Positions 36,678-47,444 of a stretch of DNA of 64,000 nt are shown one piece after another (position 1 is the stretch's first letter; the number at the start of each line of letters is the position of its first letter). Source of the stretch: Plasmodiophora brassicae (lineage: Eukaryota); assembly GCA_036867785.1 (NCBI GenBank), contig CP145409.1, forward strand, positions 434,001 through 498,000, written 5' to 3'. Made by a program: the position numbers and the translations under genes. The notes below the pieces were generated by a model. That model made no database searches, was not told the DNA's origin, and was given only the letters and a program-made list of their open reading frames with translations.

Positions 36678-37426
36678 ATGGAAGCGGCGGGCGATTTCGT
36701 TGATCGGGTGGCGTCGGCCGTCGCCTCGCCGGTCGTCATCGACCACTCTGCTTCGGTGCTGACCTCGTCGCGGAACGTTGTCAGCCGGCAAGCGGACCTG
36801 GCGTGTCCTGAACGGATCGTTGTCAGCGGATGCTCCATCATATGCAAGGGCGCCGTCATCCGGGCCGACCGCGCTGCCGTCAGCATTGGGCAGTACTGTC
36901 GAATTGGTGAGGGCGCCAAAGTGCAACCGGCAACGGCGCCGTCGGCGGATCCGTCCGACCGGAAGTACCTTCCATGTGCGATCCTCGACAACGTCATCAT
37001 TGAGCGGAACGCCACGGTGCAAGCGACGATGGTGGATTGCAACACGTCTGTTCGGGAGATCGAACTCGTCGCGGTTCGGCACTGCTGATTGGCTCGCCTA
37101 GGCATATCATGGAGGGTGCAATCGTCGGCGAGCGTTGCGTTATCGGGTCCGTATCCATGGCGATGGCATGCGGGCACGGCTCAGGTGTCAGCTGACGACG
37201 TGACGGTAGCCCCTGTTGCAGAGTGCTGCCCGGTGCCGTTGTTCCTCCCGATACCGTCGTGGCTCCCGGTACCGTCGTCGGGGGTCGCCCAGCGACGATC
37301 GTCGATTTCCTCCCGTCCGGATTCGCCATCGACTGGGCACGACACTGCAGGGACGACCATCGGCGAACGGTCGCTTCACGACACGAATCACTCCAGCCAA
37401 CAGCGCAGTCTGGATTACTCATATAA
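36678..37426 (+). CDS. DCTN5: Dynactin subunit 5 (p25), left-handed beta-helix
   Basis: TSSRNVVSRQADL..IVVSGCSII..AVIRAD..VSIGQYC..VIIERNATVQA; spliced GERCVIGPCCRVLPGAVVPPDTVVAP..GGRP matches p25 hexapeptide repeats. Confidence 0.8.
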
Positions 37427-37451
37427 CACAGTGAATTCGAAGCGCACCGTC

Positions 37452-38165
37452 TCAGCGACGCTGTCCTGAGCGATCGGCCTCGAATGATTCCTGGAAACGC
37501 TTCCGCATGACCTGCACGAACCAGCTCAGGTCGTCGGTTGCGTTCAGTTCGGAGAGCAGGTCGGCAACGCCAGGGACAACAGGGTGACAGCTTTTGACGT
37601 CATACTTGCCGTCGGCGACGAGGATCGTGAAGCTGGCCGTACGATCGGCACGCGGCCCCAGCCCAGAGAACGTTAACCTCAAATCGGATCCGCTGCCGCC
37701 CTCCTCCTCGACGACCTCAAAGTCCAGCCCCAACCGCAGCTTGTACAATAGGATCATTTGCGATAAGGCTCGCAGATGCTGAACGTTCGCCTTGTGGATG
37801 TTCCCCACCTGCGCTTGTCGTTGCTCGAGGCGGCGTTCGGCGTCGATGCGCGATGTCTCGGCGCTTTCGACGCTTTTCGGCAGCGAACGGGCCTCAGAAT
37901 CCAGCTGCTGCCGTTTCGCCGAGCTGGCTGCCGCTTCGAGTTCCGCCATCTTGGCCGCACGCGCAGCAGATAGGGCCTCGTCCTGCAGGCGATTCTCGCG
38001 GTCGGTCAGCTCCGCCAGCACGTTCTCGTTGTTCGCGATCGTCGCGGCGTGCTGGCGACTGCGCGCCCGCATCGCCGCCTCCGTCGACGCGACGAACGCG
38101 TCAAACTTCTCGCGGAACGATCCCATGGACTCCTTGATCGCGAACGACGTCGCCTTCTCCGACAT
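37452..38165 (-). CDS. SPC25: Kinetochore Ndc80-complex subunit Spc25
   Basis: N-terminal coiled coil, then YKLRLGLDFE..LRLTF..F.I......Y.V..C.P..L...LNATDDLSWFVQVMRKRF (Spc25 RWD globular domain); ATG at 38165. Confidence 0.85.
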   Translation of the reverse strand: MSEKATSFAIKESMGSFREKFDAFVASTEAAMRARSRQHAATIANNENVLAELTDRENRLQDEALSAARAAKMAELEAAASSAKRQQLDSEARSLPKSVESAETSRIDAERRLEQRQAQVGNIHKANVQHLRALSQMILLYKLRLGLDFEVVEEEGGSGSDLRLTFSGLGPRADRTASFTILVADGKYDVKSCHPVVPGVADLLSELNATDDLSWFVQVMRKRFQESFEADRSGQRR

Positions 38166-38298
38166 GGGGCTGGCTGACCGGGTCTCGAACCCGTTCGAAC
38201 GCGGCCAAAACAAAACCCATGCGCAGGCCTGGCCCGCGCGGACTGGGGCGTTGGTGTTGCCCCCGTCCGGCTGACACGCCGATCTCTGACTGACCAGT

Positions 38299-38559
38299 GA
38301 CCACTGATCAGTCAGAACTGCAGCTCAGGCGACCACTGATCACTGATCAAAACTGCAGCCCAGGCGACCACTGATCACTGATCACTGATCAAAACTGCAG
38401 CTCAGGCGACCACTGATCACGGATCAGTCAGAACTGCAGCTCAGGCGATCACTGAGATCAGTCAGAACTGCAGCTCAGGCGATCACTGAGATCAGTCAGA
38501 ACTGCAGCTCAGGCGACAACTGATCACCGAGATCAGTGGCCTCCGGAGCTGCAGTTCTG
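38299..38559. repeat. Minisatellite: 6 full units (32-42 bp) plus a partial unit and one inverted core
   Basis: Units start at 38299, 38331, 38366, 38408, 38447, 38481, 38515 (partial). Core AACTGCAGCTCAGGCGA with variable CTGATCA/GATCA sub-repeats; inverted core GAGCTGCAGTTCTG at 38546-38559. Confidence 0.9.
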
Positions 38560-38768
38560 TCGGTCTGATTTCGGTCTTCTTCAGGTCCCTCGTGTTCATT
38601 GCGAGGGTCGCGTTGGCGGCGGGGCACGGGCGCCGACGTTGTTTGGCATTCGATGACGGCCGGCGTGGGGATGACGTGCAGGATCTATGCAGGCAAGCAT
38701 CCGGGTCGTCGTAGATATTTGGCGAGTTCCGCCATGGACTTGCAGCACGCGCCGAGGGCGACGAATCT

Positions 38769-41700
38769 GTGCCTCAGCAATCGCTAATTGACAGGTGCGG
38801 TCAGCGCGTTATGAAGAACGCCGTTCGGCGAGGTCAGTTATGGACAGCGTCGTGGCCGATTTCTTCGCCAACGTGTGTCCCGCAGGCTGGGCGGTGGCCC
38901 CCCAGTTCGGGCGGGCGAAACGGAATCCGCCCGTCGATTTCCAGTTTCCTGTATGCGCTGTTGGCAAGAAGACTAGTTAGTTTTCCAATGTTGTGGTTTG
39001 CCAGACCACTGGAAACTGAACGGTCGGGATCGCGTGTAGGCGGGTCGAGCACAGATCCGTTCCAGCAGCTCGCGCTCTTCGAGATTCTGATCGATTTCTT
39101 TCAAATGGTGTCGATTCTCATTCCATTCATCATGGCTTACCCGAGCTCGTCCTTCGCATTCGTCTACCTGCCGGCTCTTCGTGTCTTTGGCTTATATTTT
39201 GAAGATTTGCTGCCCGCCTCGGCCAATCTCGCCATCTTCTACGTCCTGGTCATCGCGATGTCTGCTTTAACAGGGATCGCAGCACTCATCTGTAGTTCAT
39301 TATCATACCGTCGTCTGTTCGTAAACCTCAATGGTGCATGTACAGGTCGCGACGTCGATACTGCCCTATCGATACCTGGCCTACCGGCACTTCGACCGCT
39401 GAAAACGGCTACGAATCAGGTGTCGATTCTGTTCGGCATCATGTCGTTCCTATACCTTCCAACGGCAAGATATGCGCTCGAAGTCGTATATGAATCACAT
39501 CACTTCTTCAATGGGGCTCCACTGGCCAGGTAAACATTGTCGTGACGTCATTTTATGAGCGGCAAGGTGAACCTTTGCCTTCAACAGCATTGTTGTCGGC
39601 GGAGTCACATCGTTCGCTGCCCTAGTGCTGTACCTCATCGCATTCCCGCACATCATTCAGAACGCTGTTGAGCGGCACCGGCCCATGGCCATTCCAGTCG
39701 ACAAATCGATCGAGGCCTCTGAGCTGATCGCCATGGAAGAGCAAAAGGCAGCGGTAACGTTGCTGTTTGCACGAGGCAGTACATCAGATGGTGAAGTCGT
39801 TTCCCGTAGATCGAGTATAGTCATCGCGTCATTGAAGATGACTACCCGTTAAAGTTCCTGTACGCGCCTTACTCGGCGTGGTGCGCCCAGTCCAAACCCT
39901 ACATGCTACGCGTCAAGCTGCTTGGCGTCATCTTGGGCAATGTTTGCGTTTGGTCGGGGGCGGTCCGTTTCCCAGTCAGACCGTACAGAGGTATCGCGAT
40001 GATAACTGACACGGTTGCTTAGATGCCGGCTCTGTCGTATCTTACCGGGGTGGGCCTAGTCATGGTCGTCGGTTACTGGACGTCAGCCGAATTCCGTCGC
40101 TCGCGGTACTCGGATCCCAGCCTGGATACTCTTCACATGCGGTTGCGCGTTTGCGCCCTCGCCATCACTGCAATTGTGCTTCTGGACAGTGGCGGACAGT
40201 CGATCGAGTTCCTGTTTGGGGTTATCCTAATTTGCGTCGAACTGTATTGTGCTGTGCAAATGGTGGCCAATGCCCTTCTGCGGTACGTGCAATGCCTGCT
40301 GTAATCAGGTGCCTGGATAATGAAGTTGCGGTTTCTGTACGCAGGGTACGACCTTTGATTCGCCGTCACTTTCGACGCCGCCTGACGTGCACCTTGACGA
40401 AGTCAATGGCACCTGTCGGCGACTACGCTGTGTTTGACGCTGACTTCAACCCCGAGAGTCATCGCATGCTGCGAATCTGGAACGAATTCTGGGACTTGTA
40501 TCTGTTCGACGACGAGTCGAGGAGACGTGAGCAGCAGAGGGGAAGGATGCGCGTTCCGGATATATCGCGTGCCCTGTATAGTAATTCCATCTTCCATCGC
40601 GATATCACGGAACCGGCGCGACCATTACCTGTACCGTCTTTGGAAGTTCGCGCCCTGGAGAACATGGTCGAATGCTCTACACCGTGTCGTGCTTGAGCGC
40701 GTGTACTGACAGACTGCTTTGTACAGGTTGTGGCGGACGACCTGTCAAACTTCCAGACGCTGATCGACATCACAACGGACAAGGACATGCACGATAACTT
40801 GTTGCTAGTCATGAGGCACTTGCACGGTCCAAACGTGTATTGGGCAATGGATGGCGGCAAATCCAAGACAATGTTCGGAACGTTGCACATTCGTACAACA
40901 CCTCTGCAAGTTGAGCTCCACTACGAAGACTGCGATGACGTAGTCGTCTTCGACATTGGCAAGGTAAGCATCCGCTGTTCGCGTTCCAGCACGCTGACGC
41001 GGATTGGAACATTCAGGGGAAGAGTATTGGAGAACGACCGAAACTTCGCGACCTGCTTCAGGCGAACCATCGCGACGTTATCGTAGAACGCAGACGCATC
41101 CGCTCTATGCTGAAAGCCATGGACGGGTTCCCCTGTCGGACGCTGTTTCGTCGAGCGATCAGCGTCGCGGTCGGGCTCAGACGCGATCATGAGGACGTGC
41201 AGTTCACGTTTCGCAGTGGTATCATACGCTTGCTCCCGAACAACAAGAACACGAGCTTGCTGTCGTCGTTCCAGTGTTTCATCGAGTACCGGGATGGCAC
41301 TGGGACGGACCGCAGTGGTCGGAGCCATAAGTTTCCGACGTATCTGGCGTCGATCCACGACCTCGGCATTTCGTGGCAGTTCAACGTGAACTCGGCTTTG
41401 CTGGCGTTCTTTCAGGACAACTGGGTACCACAGCACTCCCTGCTGTCCGCCATCATGCTGGAGCAGCAATCCCGAATCAATGACCTGCGAACCATCTGGA
41501 TCAATTACCAGTTCCAGAGGAAGCATTCCATTCTATCACCAGAATTCTGGGTTTGCTCACAGAGGGTACCCATGGCCGCAAGAAGGGCTCATGGATGGTG
41601 TGTTTCGTCAGGCGTTCGTCTACAATAACGGGTCGTTATCGAAAGCCAACCTGCTTGCGATTATCGCGGCAGAGATCGACGATACGAGCAGCCATTGGAA

Positions 41701-42489
41701 CACGCCTGCTGAAGCTCAGCGTCTCAAAGACATCGCAGACATCGACATGCTTTATGAGCGGTACGGCCATTCGTGGGACCCAGATGGCGCGCTTTGTGAA
41801 TCTGACTCTAACCCCACACAAAGGCTCGCCTATTTTGATTGCGACGTTGGCGTTTCGTACTGGTTCTGCTTCTGGCACGACCTATGGGTTGCGAATTTCG
41901 ACGCCGAGCAATTTCGTTCTGGTCCGATGCTGGATTGCTACCAGTCGTCGGCAATCGCATATCGCCCGGTTAGGAATCGCGTGGTTGTGTCCAAATCGTA
42001 TGCCATATCGTAAAACATGGTTCGTCAGGTGCCGGAAACGGAGCTGCTTCGTGACCTGACGGCGGCACGTCTCGTTGCTGACGACGCATCTCCGAATGGC
42101 ACCTCATTGACGTTGATCGACATCCTTTGTGGAGTAGGTACGTACACTACGGGCAGTGATCTCGTGTATCCCACCTGCTGAGCGTCTCTTCAGAAACGTC
42201 TAACAGGCTCCAGATACCGCCTGCGATGATAACGCGGCTGTACAAGCGCATGAGTGATCTTGAAAAGTCGTCCGTCGAGATCGATCCGGACCACGAAGAC
42301 GACGGTACTGAAGCCGCACCATAACGTTTGCATGCGTTGCTCATGATAGGTGCTATAGCTGCTGGGGGTGGCGTCGGCCACGCCGCTCGGGTAGACCCTG
42401 ACGACGACCCTGTCGCTGTTGACGTCAATCAAGCGGCTCGTCGTGTGAAAACCAAACAGCCAGCCGGAAAAGGCATTTCAGTTCGGTAA
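38769..42489 (+). CDS. Large multi-pass membrane protein with long soluble C-terminal region, unknown function (multi-exon; ends approximate)
   Basis: Several hydrophobic helices in 39060-40350 followed by consecutive + strand exons (RMLRIWNEFWDLYL, LHGPNVYW, ILSPEFW, YWFCFWHDLWVAN) separated by GT-AG introns. Stop at 42324, or at 42489 if a further intron is spliced. Confidence 0.65.
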
Positions 42490-43351
42490 ACCTGCAGACT
42501 CATCAGATCGCATCGTCACGGTCTGAGCTTTGGACTCAGAGCGAAATTGCTACTCGATGACCAGATCCTGACAGCATTTTCGTCATGTCGGTCCTTCTTC
42601 GACCCTTTGATCAAGGAAGGGAGCCGCTTCGACAACTTCTGTGCCTCAGAACGAGAGCAGCTTTGCACCGCATTCACCTTGGAACCGTTTGTTAACGGCC
42701 CCAACGTTGTCCTGACAGTTAACGACCAGCACAAAGAATCAAAGGCCGCCTTGCGGTCTATCGTGGTTGTGCCGGCGCAAACCGTTCATGAACAAGACGC
42801 TGCCAAATCAGCATGATCCCTTGGAATCCAATCGTGTTCTTCGCTAACTATACAAAACGGGTGTCGTATCCTGCATGTAGAGATGGGGATTGCCATCCTG
42901 TGTATGCACGCTGTGGTCGTCATTCTACGACGTCAACATCAGCCAGGGGACGCGCCTCAACTGCGCGAAATGACGGATGTCAGTTGGTGGATACGACATT
43001 ACAGCAGGACGAACGTCGCCGAGGCGTTGCAGCCGGACGGCGCACATGTCCTGATCAGCGTCCGACATGACGCATGCTGGAGAGGGCATTCCCGACACAT
43101 ACAAGGACGCGTTGCATAAAGCAAACCGAGGTTCCAACAAGACTGCGTTAAGTGTACGGGTCGCTCAGTCGTCTGGCATCACCGACCCACTTAGCAGCCT
43201 CGATCCACCATCATCAGGCACGACCTCGCGCTGAAGTGCAGCCTAACCTGGACAATGGAATCGACGCAGCAGGCTGATCTCGGTCGTCAAAATTCCCAGA
43301 CGCGTCGGATCCTGACTGTATCGTTGACAAATACGAATACGTCCGGCAAAC

Positions 43352-43973
43352 TCATTCGTCCCATGACATCTTGGCGCCACTGAAATCCTGCGAAAGCAGC
43401 TTGGACGCCAGGTCCAACATGGCGTGCTTCTGCTTGTCGTGGAAATGACCGCAATTTGCCAGGTCGGATTTCAGATCGGTAAACGTCTTCTGCAAGATCT
43501 CCGGGTACTGCTCCCCAGGGGTCATCTCCACCTATGTAGGTTCGCGCAGCAGATTAGCGCCGCGCCCACGACAGGCAAGGATATCGAATACAGACCGTGT
43601 CCCACTCAGGCCAGCGCCTTTGCCATCGCTTCTTGTAGAACTCTTCATGCTCCTTCACGTTGGTCGGGATCGGGGGCGGAAGGGAAGCGATTGCTTTCTC
43701 CAGCGCCATCGACGGCGTCAAATTCGCATCCTCAGCGTCACCGTCGCGAGCCCTCGCAACCCCAAACTTGTCGACTGGGACGACTTTATCCACGTCCTCA
43801 TCCACCTCTCCTCCGTCTTCAGCCGTCGCCGTCTTTAGCTTCATCGTCGGCCGGCTGGCTCGTCCATCACGCCCGCCCCAGCCACCACCACCACGACCAC
43901 GGCCACGACGGCCGCGCCCTGCGCCCCCGCCCCGCGACAGGTACCGGACCGCCTGCCGCCCACCACCAATCAT
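43352..43973 (-). CDS. Hypothetical RGG-rich protein, possibly mitochondrion-targeted
   Basis: ATG 43973 MIGGGRQAVRYLSRGGGAGRGRRGRGRGGGGWGGR; intron 43532-43595 gives ..PEWDT|VEMTPGEQYPEILQKTF..SWDE*. Confidence 0.6.
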
Positions 43974-44351
43974 CGTCGTGAGTTGACCCGAACGGGTCCC
44001 CCACGTCAACTCCGCGACAGGAGCGCGCTCGAACTGCTCCTTGTTCTGCGCTTGTCGGCGCGAACTCTCAGCGCCACACTGTCCGCGGCACACATGCAGC
44101 TCCCACTGCACACGCGCAAGTCAATGTGGGTCGCGCCGGCACGCCCATCCAGCGTGCTGGCCCTGTGCAGCTAAAACCTGCTTTGCGCCAGTCCTCTTAA
44201 CGGAACGCGATCGTTGTATTGTGGGAAATGCTATCCACAGATGAAGGTGTGCGCCGCCTCAGGCGGGAGGTCGTCACCATGCAGGACGATACTTATTATA
44301 CTACTATTACGGGACAGATGGCATTGACAAGCGTGGCGGGAATAAATAGGG

Positions 44352-45335
44352 CTATGCGGTCCAGGTGGCGATATTGTCCTGCAAGGAGGCCAAGCAGTTC
44401 GACGCGCGTGGCCATGTGTCCGATAGGATCTGAAATGTGGGCAGGGCGATGTTCTGGCAGAAGCGGACCGTCGTCTCCTTGCTGAATGGTTCGACGCGCG
44501 ACTCGCCGCGAATCTCGTCGTGTAGCGCCTGCGACCATTTCGCGGCGATACGCGCTGGGCGGCAGACGTTCGAGATGTCGGCGCAGCGAATCACGAGTTG
44601 CATCAGCATGGCTGGCATCGTCGCATCGAACCGCTGCCGCCATTGACCTTCCAGGCCGATGTTCGTCGCCAGGATGCATTCAATGATCTGGGCGCGGACG
44701 ACGTTCGGCTCGTCAACGTTCCTGAGGATGGCCGGATGGTTCGACAGGAGGCGATCGGCCTGAATGGCGTGGTGCAACTCCAGGTTCACATCGACGGGCA
44801 GGGCTCGAAGCGACGGATGGTCCAGGTCATGGACCAGCGCCGACACCAGGATGACGATCAGGCACCTGGGCGTCAGGCTGCTGATCGCGTCACCCTGCAT
44901 GACGATATGCAACGCCATCTGGAAGACGTCGACCGCGTGGTGGAAGTTGTGGTACGCGTTCGCGTCATGGTACCCACGGCGGATATCGGCGAGGAACGCG
45001 ACCAAGGCGCTGGCGTCGATGGCGAACATGTCCAGCAGCTGCAGGTCCCGAAACCGGTCGACAACGCCCGCGATGAGGCTGTCGGCGTCTAGCGATAATG
45101 AGTCGAAATCGAGGCCGTACGACAGCGGGTTACTAGCCGCCGCTTGACGGCAAGCCGTGCGCCATTCGGCGTACGATTCGCCAGGCGGTGTCTGCGCCCG
45201 GATCAGCTGGAACTGGCACCACCGACGAACGTCGACGGTGGATTTGTACGGCAACTCGACGGCAATAGCGTTACGTCTTCGGGTGTTGTTGGCGAACTTG
45301 GTGATCGAGGACGCGCTTGGTGCGCGTTGGCTCAT
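44352..45335 (-). CDS. Divergent class I 3',5'-cyclic nucleotide phosphodiesterase (HD fold)
   Basis: YHNFHHAVDV, ALVHDLDHP, LELHHA, ILATN, IRCADISNVCRP, NIATW; ATG at 45335. Confidence 0.85.
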   Translation of the reverse strand: MSQRAPSASSITKFANNTRRRNAIAVELPYKSTVDVRRWCQFQLIRAQTPPGESYAEWRTACRQAAASNPLSYGLDFDSLSLDADSLIAGVVDRFRDLQLLDMFAIDASALVAFLADIRRGYHDANAYHNFHHAVDVFQMALHIVMQGDAISSLTPRCLIVILVSALVHDLDHPSLRALPVDVNLELHHAIQADRLLSNHPAILRNVDEPNVVRAQIIECILATNIGLEGQWRQRFDATMPAMLMQLVIRCADISNVCRPARIAAKWSQALHDEIRGESRVEPFSKETTVRFCQNIALPTFQILSDTWPRASNCLASLQDNIATWTA

Positions 45336-45764
45336 GGTTAATAGCGTTGTGGCGACGGGCGATCGCCCGGTACACTCGGCGACCCCCATGACTGGACCCG
45401 GCCCACCACCGACCCGAGTGTGATTCACGTCGCGTGACGCAACCGATAAGTGGACCCGCGCGACGTCCCTGTTAGCAGGCCGCGGCGAGACTTGTGTGGC
45501 AGGGGAGCACGCTCCGTATAGTCTGCGCAACGCGCACGCGCAAATGACGTGGCACGCCGGACGAATTCGTTGGGTCTGGCTCTGCTCCCTCTAAAATTAG
45601 AAATGCGCGGCCTCCACGCAGTTTACTCGGGGCCGCCACCGTTGCCGGTTTTACAGTGCCTTAAGGTCCGCCGGGATGTTTGCTGTCTCGTCGAAAACCT
45701 CGACGGGGTTGGCGGCCGAAAGAAGTTCGCTGTCTTTATTTCTGGTGGCCGACCGATGGCGTGC

Positions 45765-46220
45765 TCACTGGGGGAGCCCTTCGGCTGCAAGTTGCTTCCG
45801 GAAGGAGTGCAGCGGGAACGTGTAGAAGATGGACAGGACGGTGGGGACCAGGATCCCGTAGATCTTGTCGCCGACGAAGTTCATCTTGGGCAGCATGGCG
45901 ATGATGAACGCGGCGATGCTGGTGAGGATAGCCAGTATCTTCACCCATTTGCTGACCAAGGCCAACTTCGACACGCGCGCGCAGACGGTGACGAAGGTGA
46001 GGACGGCGGATAGGAAGAACACTGCAGACGATGCGATCAACATGTACATCAAAGGCTCGATCGTGTGCGTTCCCGATAGCTTGTCGCGCGTGTCGCTGTC
46101 CCAGATATGGAGCAGCAGGTACATGCTGGCCAGGACGCCAAAGAGGTCGACCAGCCCCCCGATCAGGACGTCGGTCTCCAGCGGCCAGCAGCACAGGCAC
46201 GAGCGCGGGCCCTTCGCCAT
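45765..46220 (-). CDS. Small four-TM membrane protein
   Basis: Intronless 151-aa ORF, N-terminal CLCC, four hydrophobic segments, GC3 bias. Confidence 0.7.
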   Translation of the reverse strand: MAKGPRSCLCCWPLETDVLIGGLVDLFGVLASMYLLLHIWDSDTRDKLSGTHTIEPLMYMLIASSAVFFLSAVLTFVTVCARVSKLALVSKWVKILAILTSIAAFIIAMLPKMNFVGDKIYGILVPTVLSIFYTFPLHSFRKQLAAEGLPQ

Positions 46221-46476
46221 GGGTTCTAGTATGGATATAATGAATATATAGGTGGTTAGACCAATGGAGGCACGACGCCGAGAAGCCCTGGCATCAGTTC
46301 CGATCGTGACTCACGGCATGGCTCTTGCCGATTTGGTGATTCTAAGTGGAATGACATTGGCGCCAGCTCACGGCTTCGTGTATTCAGGGTCACCAGGCTT
46401 CGACTCCCGAACCAACATGTTTCCGCTGCCAGCGACAACGTCAAATACGACATCGAATTATTAATGCAACGTGTAT

Positions 46477-47331
46477 TCAAGTGTTCATGAGCCGGACAGC
46501 GTTCGGCGGAAGCGACCAGGCGACGGCATTGAAGGCGTCGCGCTCTTTGCAGTGGGTATCGGCAACCAGGCGATCGGAGACAGCGGAGAGGAAGCGGATG
46601 ACGGCGGCAGCGGGTCCAGCCACGATATCGTCGTCGACGACGGATTTCGCCTCCAGAAGGGAGGAGACGCCCGGGTCGGAGCAGGATGGTACGAAGCCAT
46701 CGCGGGCAAGCCACTCAGCGGCCGTGACCCGTATCCAGACGCGATCCGACGCCTGCGCCCTGTACGTCGAGCTGAACCACCTCCTCGCGACCTTGATGGA
46801 CGTTGTCGAATCCGCCATGCTGACGACGACGAAACAGTCGTCGGTAAGGGCACCATCCGTGTGACGCTCGCGAAGAAAGGCAAACGCAATATGCCACCTT
46901 CGGCTGGGCCAGGTCTCGTCATAACGCGGGTCGAATTCGTGCGCGTCCGCCACGATTCGATGGACTCCAGGTCCAGGGGCCATGTGGATACCCCCACCAG
47001 AGATGATGGCAACCTGGGTGGCACCTGGAATCGAATGAACAGGGCCCAGTTCCTCGGTACGTCCAACTAGAAGGACAGCGAGCGAAGACGGCAAGGGCGC
47101 AGGAGCTGGCCATGCCAGCGCGCGTACCAGATGGAAGACTAGCACGATGGATAATGCCAGAGCGCTCAACGCGATGCCGACGCGATGGTACAGCACCCGT
47201 TTTCTCCGGCGACGTCGCGCTGGCTTGCCTGACGGTGGGCCCGCAGTCGGTACGCGACTGGCCTTGCGATCCAGGGCCGCCGATAGCTCGAACGTGCTGT
47301 TGAACGATGCGCTATTCAGCGACCGGATCAT
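46477..47331 (-). CDS. Hypothetical type II membrane protein
   Basis: RRRRRKR basic cluster followed by the hydrophobic segment VGIALSALALSIVLVFHLV and a ~220-aa domain; first ATG at 47331. Confidence 0.6.
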   Translation of the reverse strand: MIRSLNSASFNSTFELSAALDRKASRVPTAGPPSGKPARRRRRKRVLYHRVGIALSALALSIVLVFHLVRALAWPAPAPLPSSLAVLLVGRTEELGPVHSIPGATQVAIISGGGIHMAPGPGVHRIVADAHEFDPRYDETWPSRRWHIAFAFLRERHTDGALTDDCFVVVSMADSTTSIKVARRWFSSTYRAQASDRVWIRVTAAEWLARDGFVPSCSDPGVSSLLEAKSVVDDDIVAGPAAAVIRFLSAVSDRLVADTHCKERDAFNAVAWSLPPNAVRLMNT

Positions 47332-47444
47332 CGGGGCAGTCACTCCAGAATCTACGAACCCGGTACTAAGCTAGAATCTCGCAGCTGTCACAGAGTTGGT
47401 TGGCGGGGACTCTTCCACTGCATCATGTACCTTTTAATGGGTAT

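Noticed and set aside
38299-38559. CRISPR array (constant repeat with variable spacers)
   Set aside because: The spacers are themselves related CTGATCA modules and two units are identical. There are no cas genes and the context is eukaryotic.
42547-42816. Separate 89-aa gene on the + strand
   Set aside because: No ATG start or recognisable domain. It may be UTR or an extra exon of the upstream gene.
46333-46414. tRNA-Glu-like sequence (TGGTG..TCTAAGTGG..CTCAC..GGCTTCGACTCCCG)
   Set aside because: It loosely resembles A and B boxes, but the T-stem and acceptor stem do not pair. At most a decayed relic; [10 protein letters not shown] would settle it.
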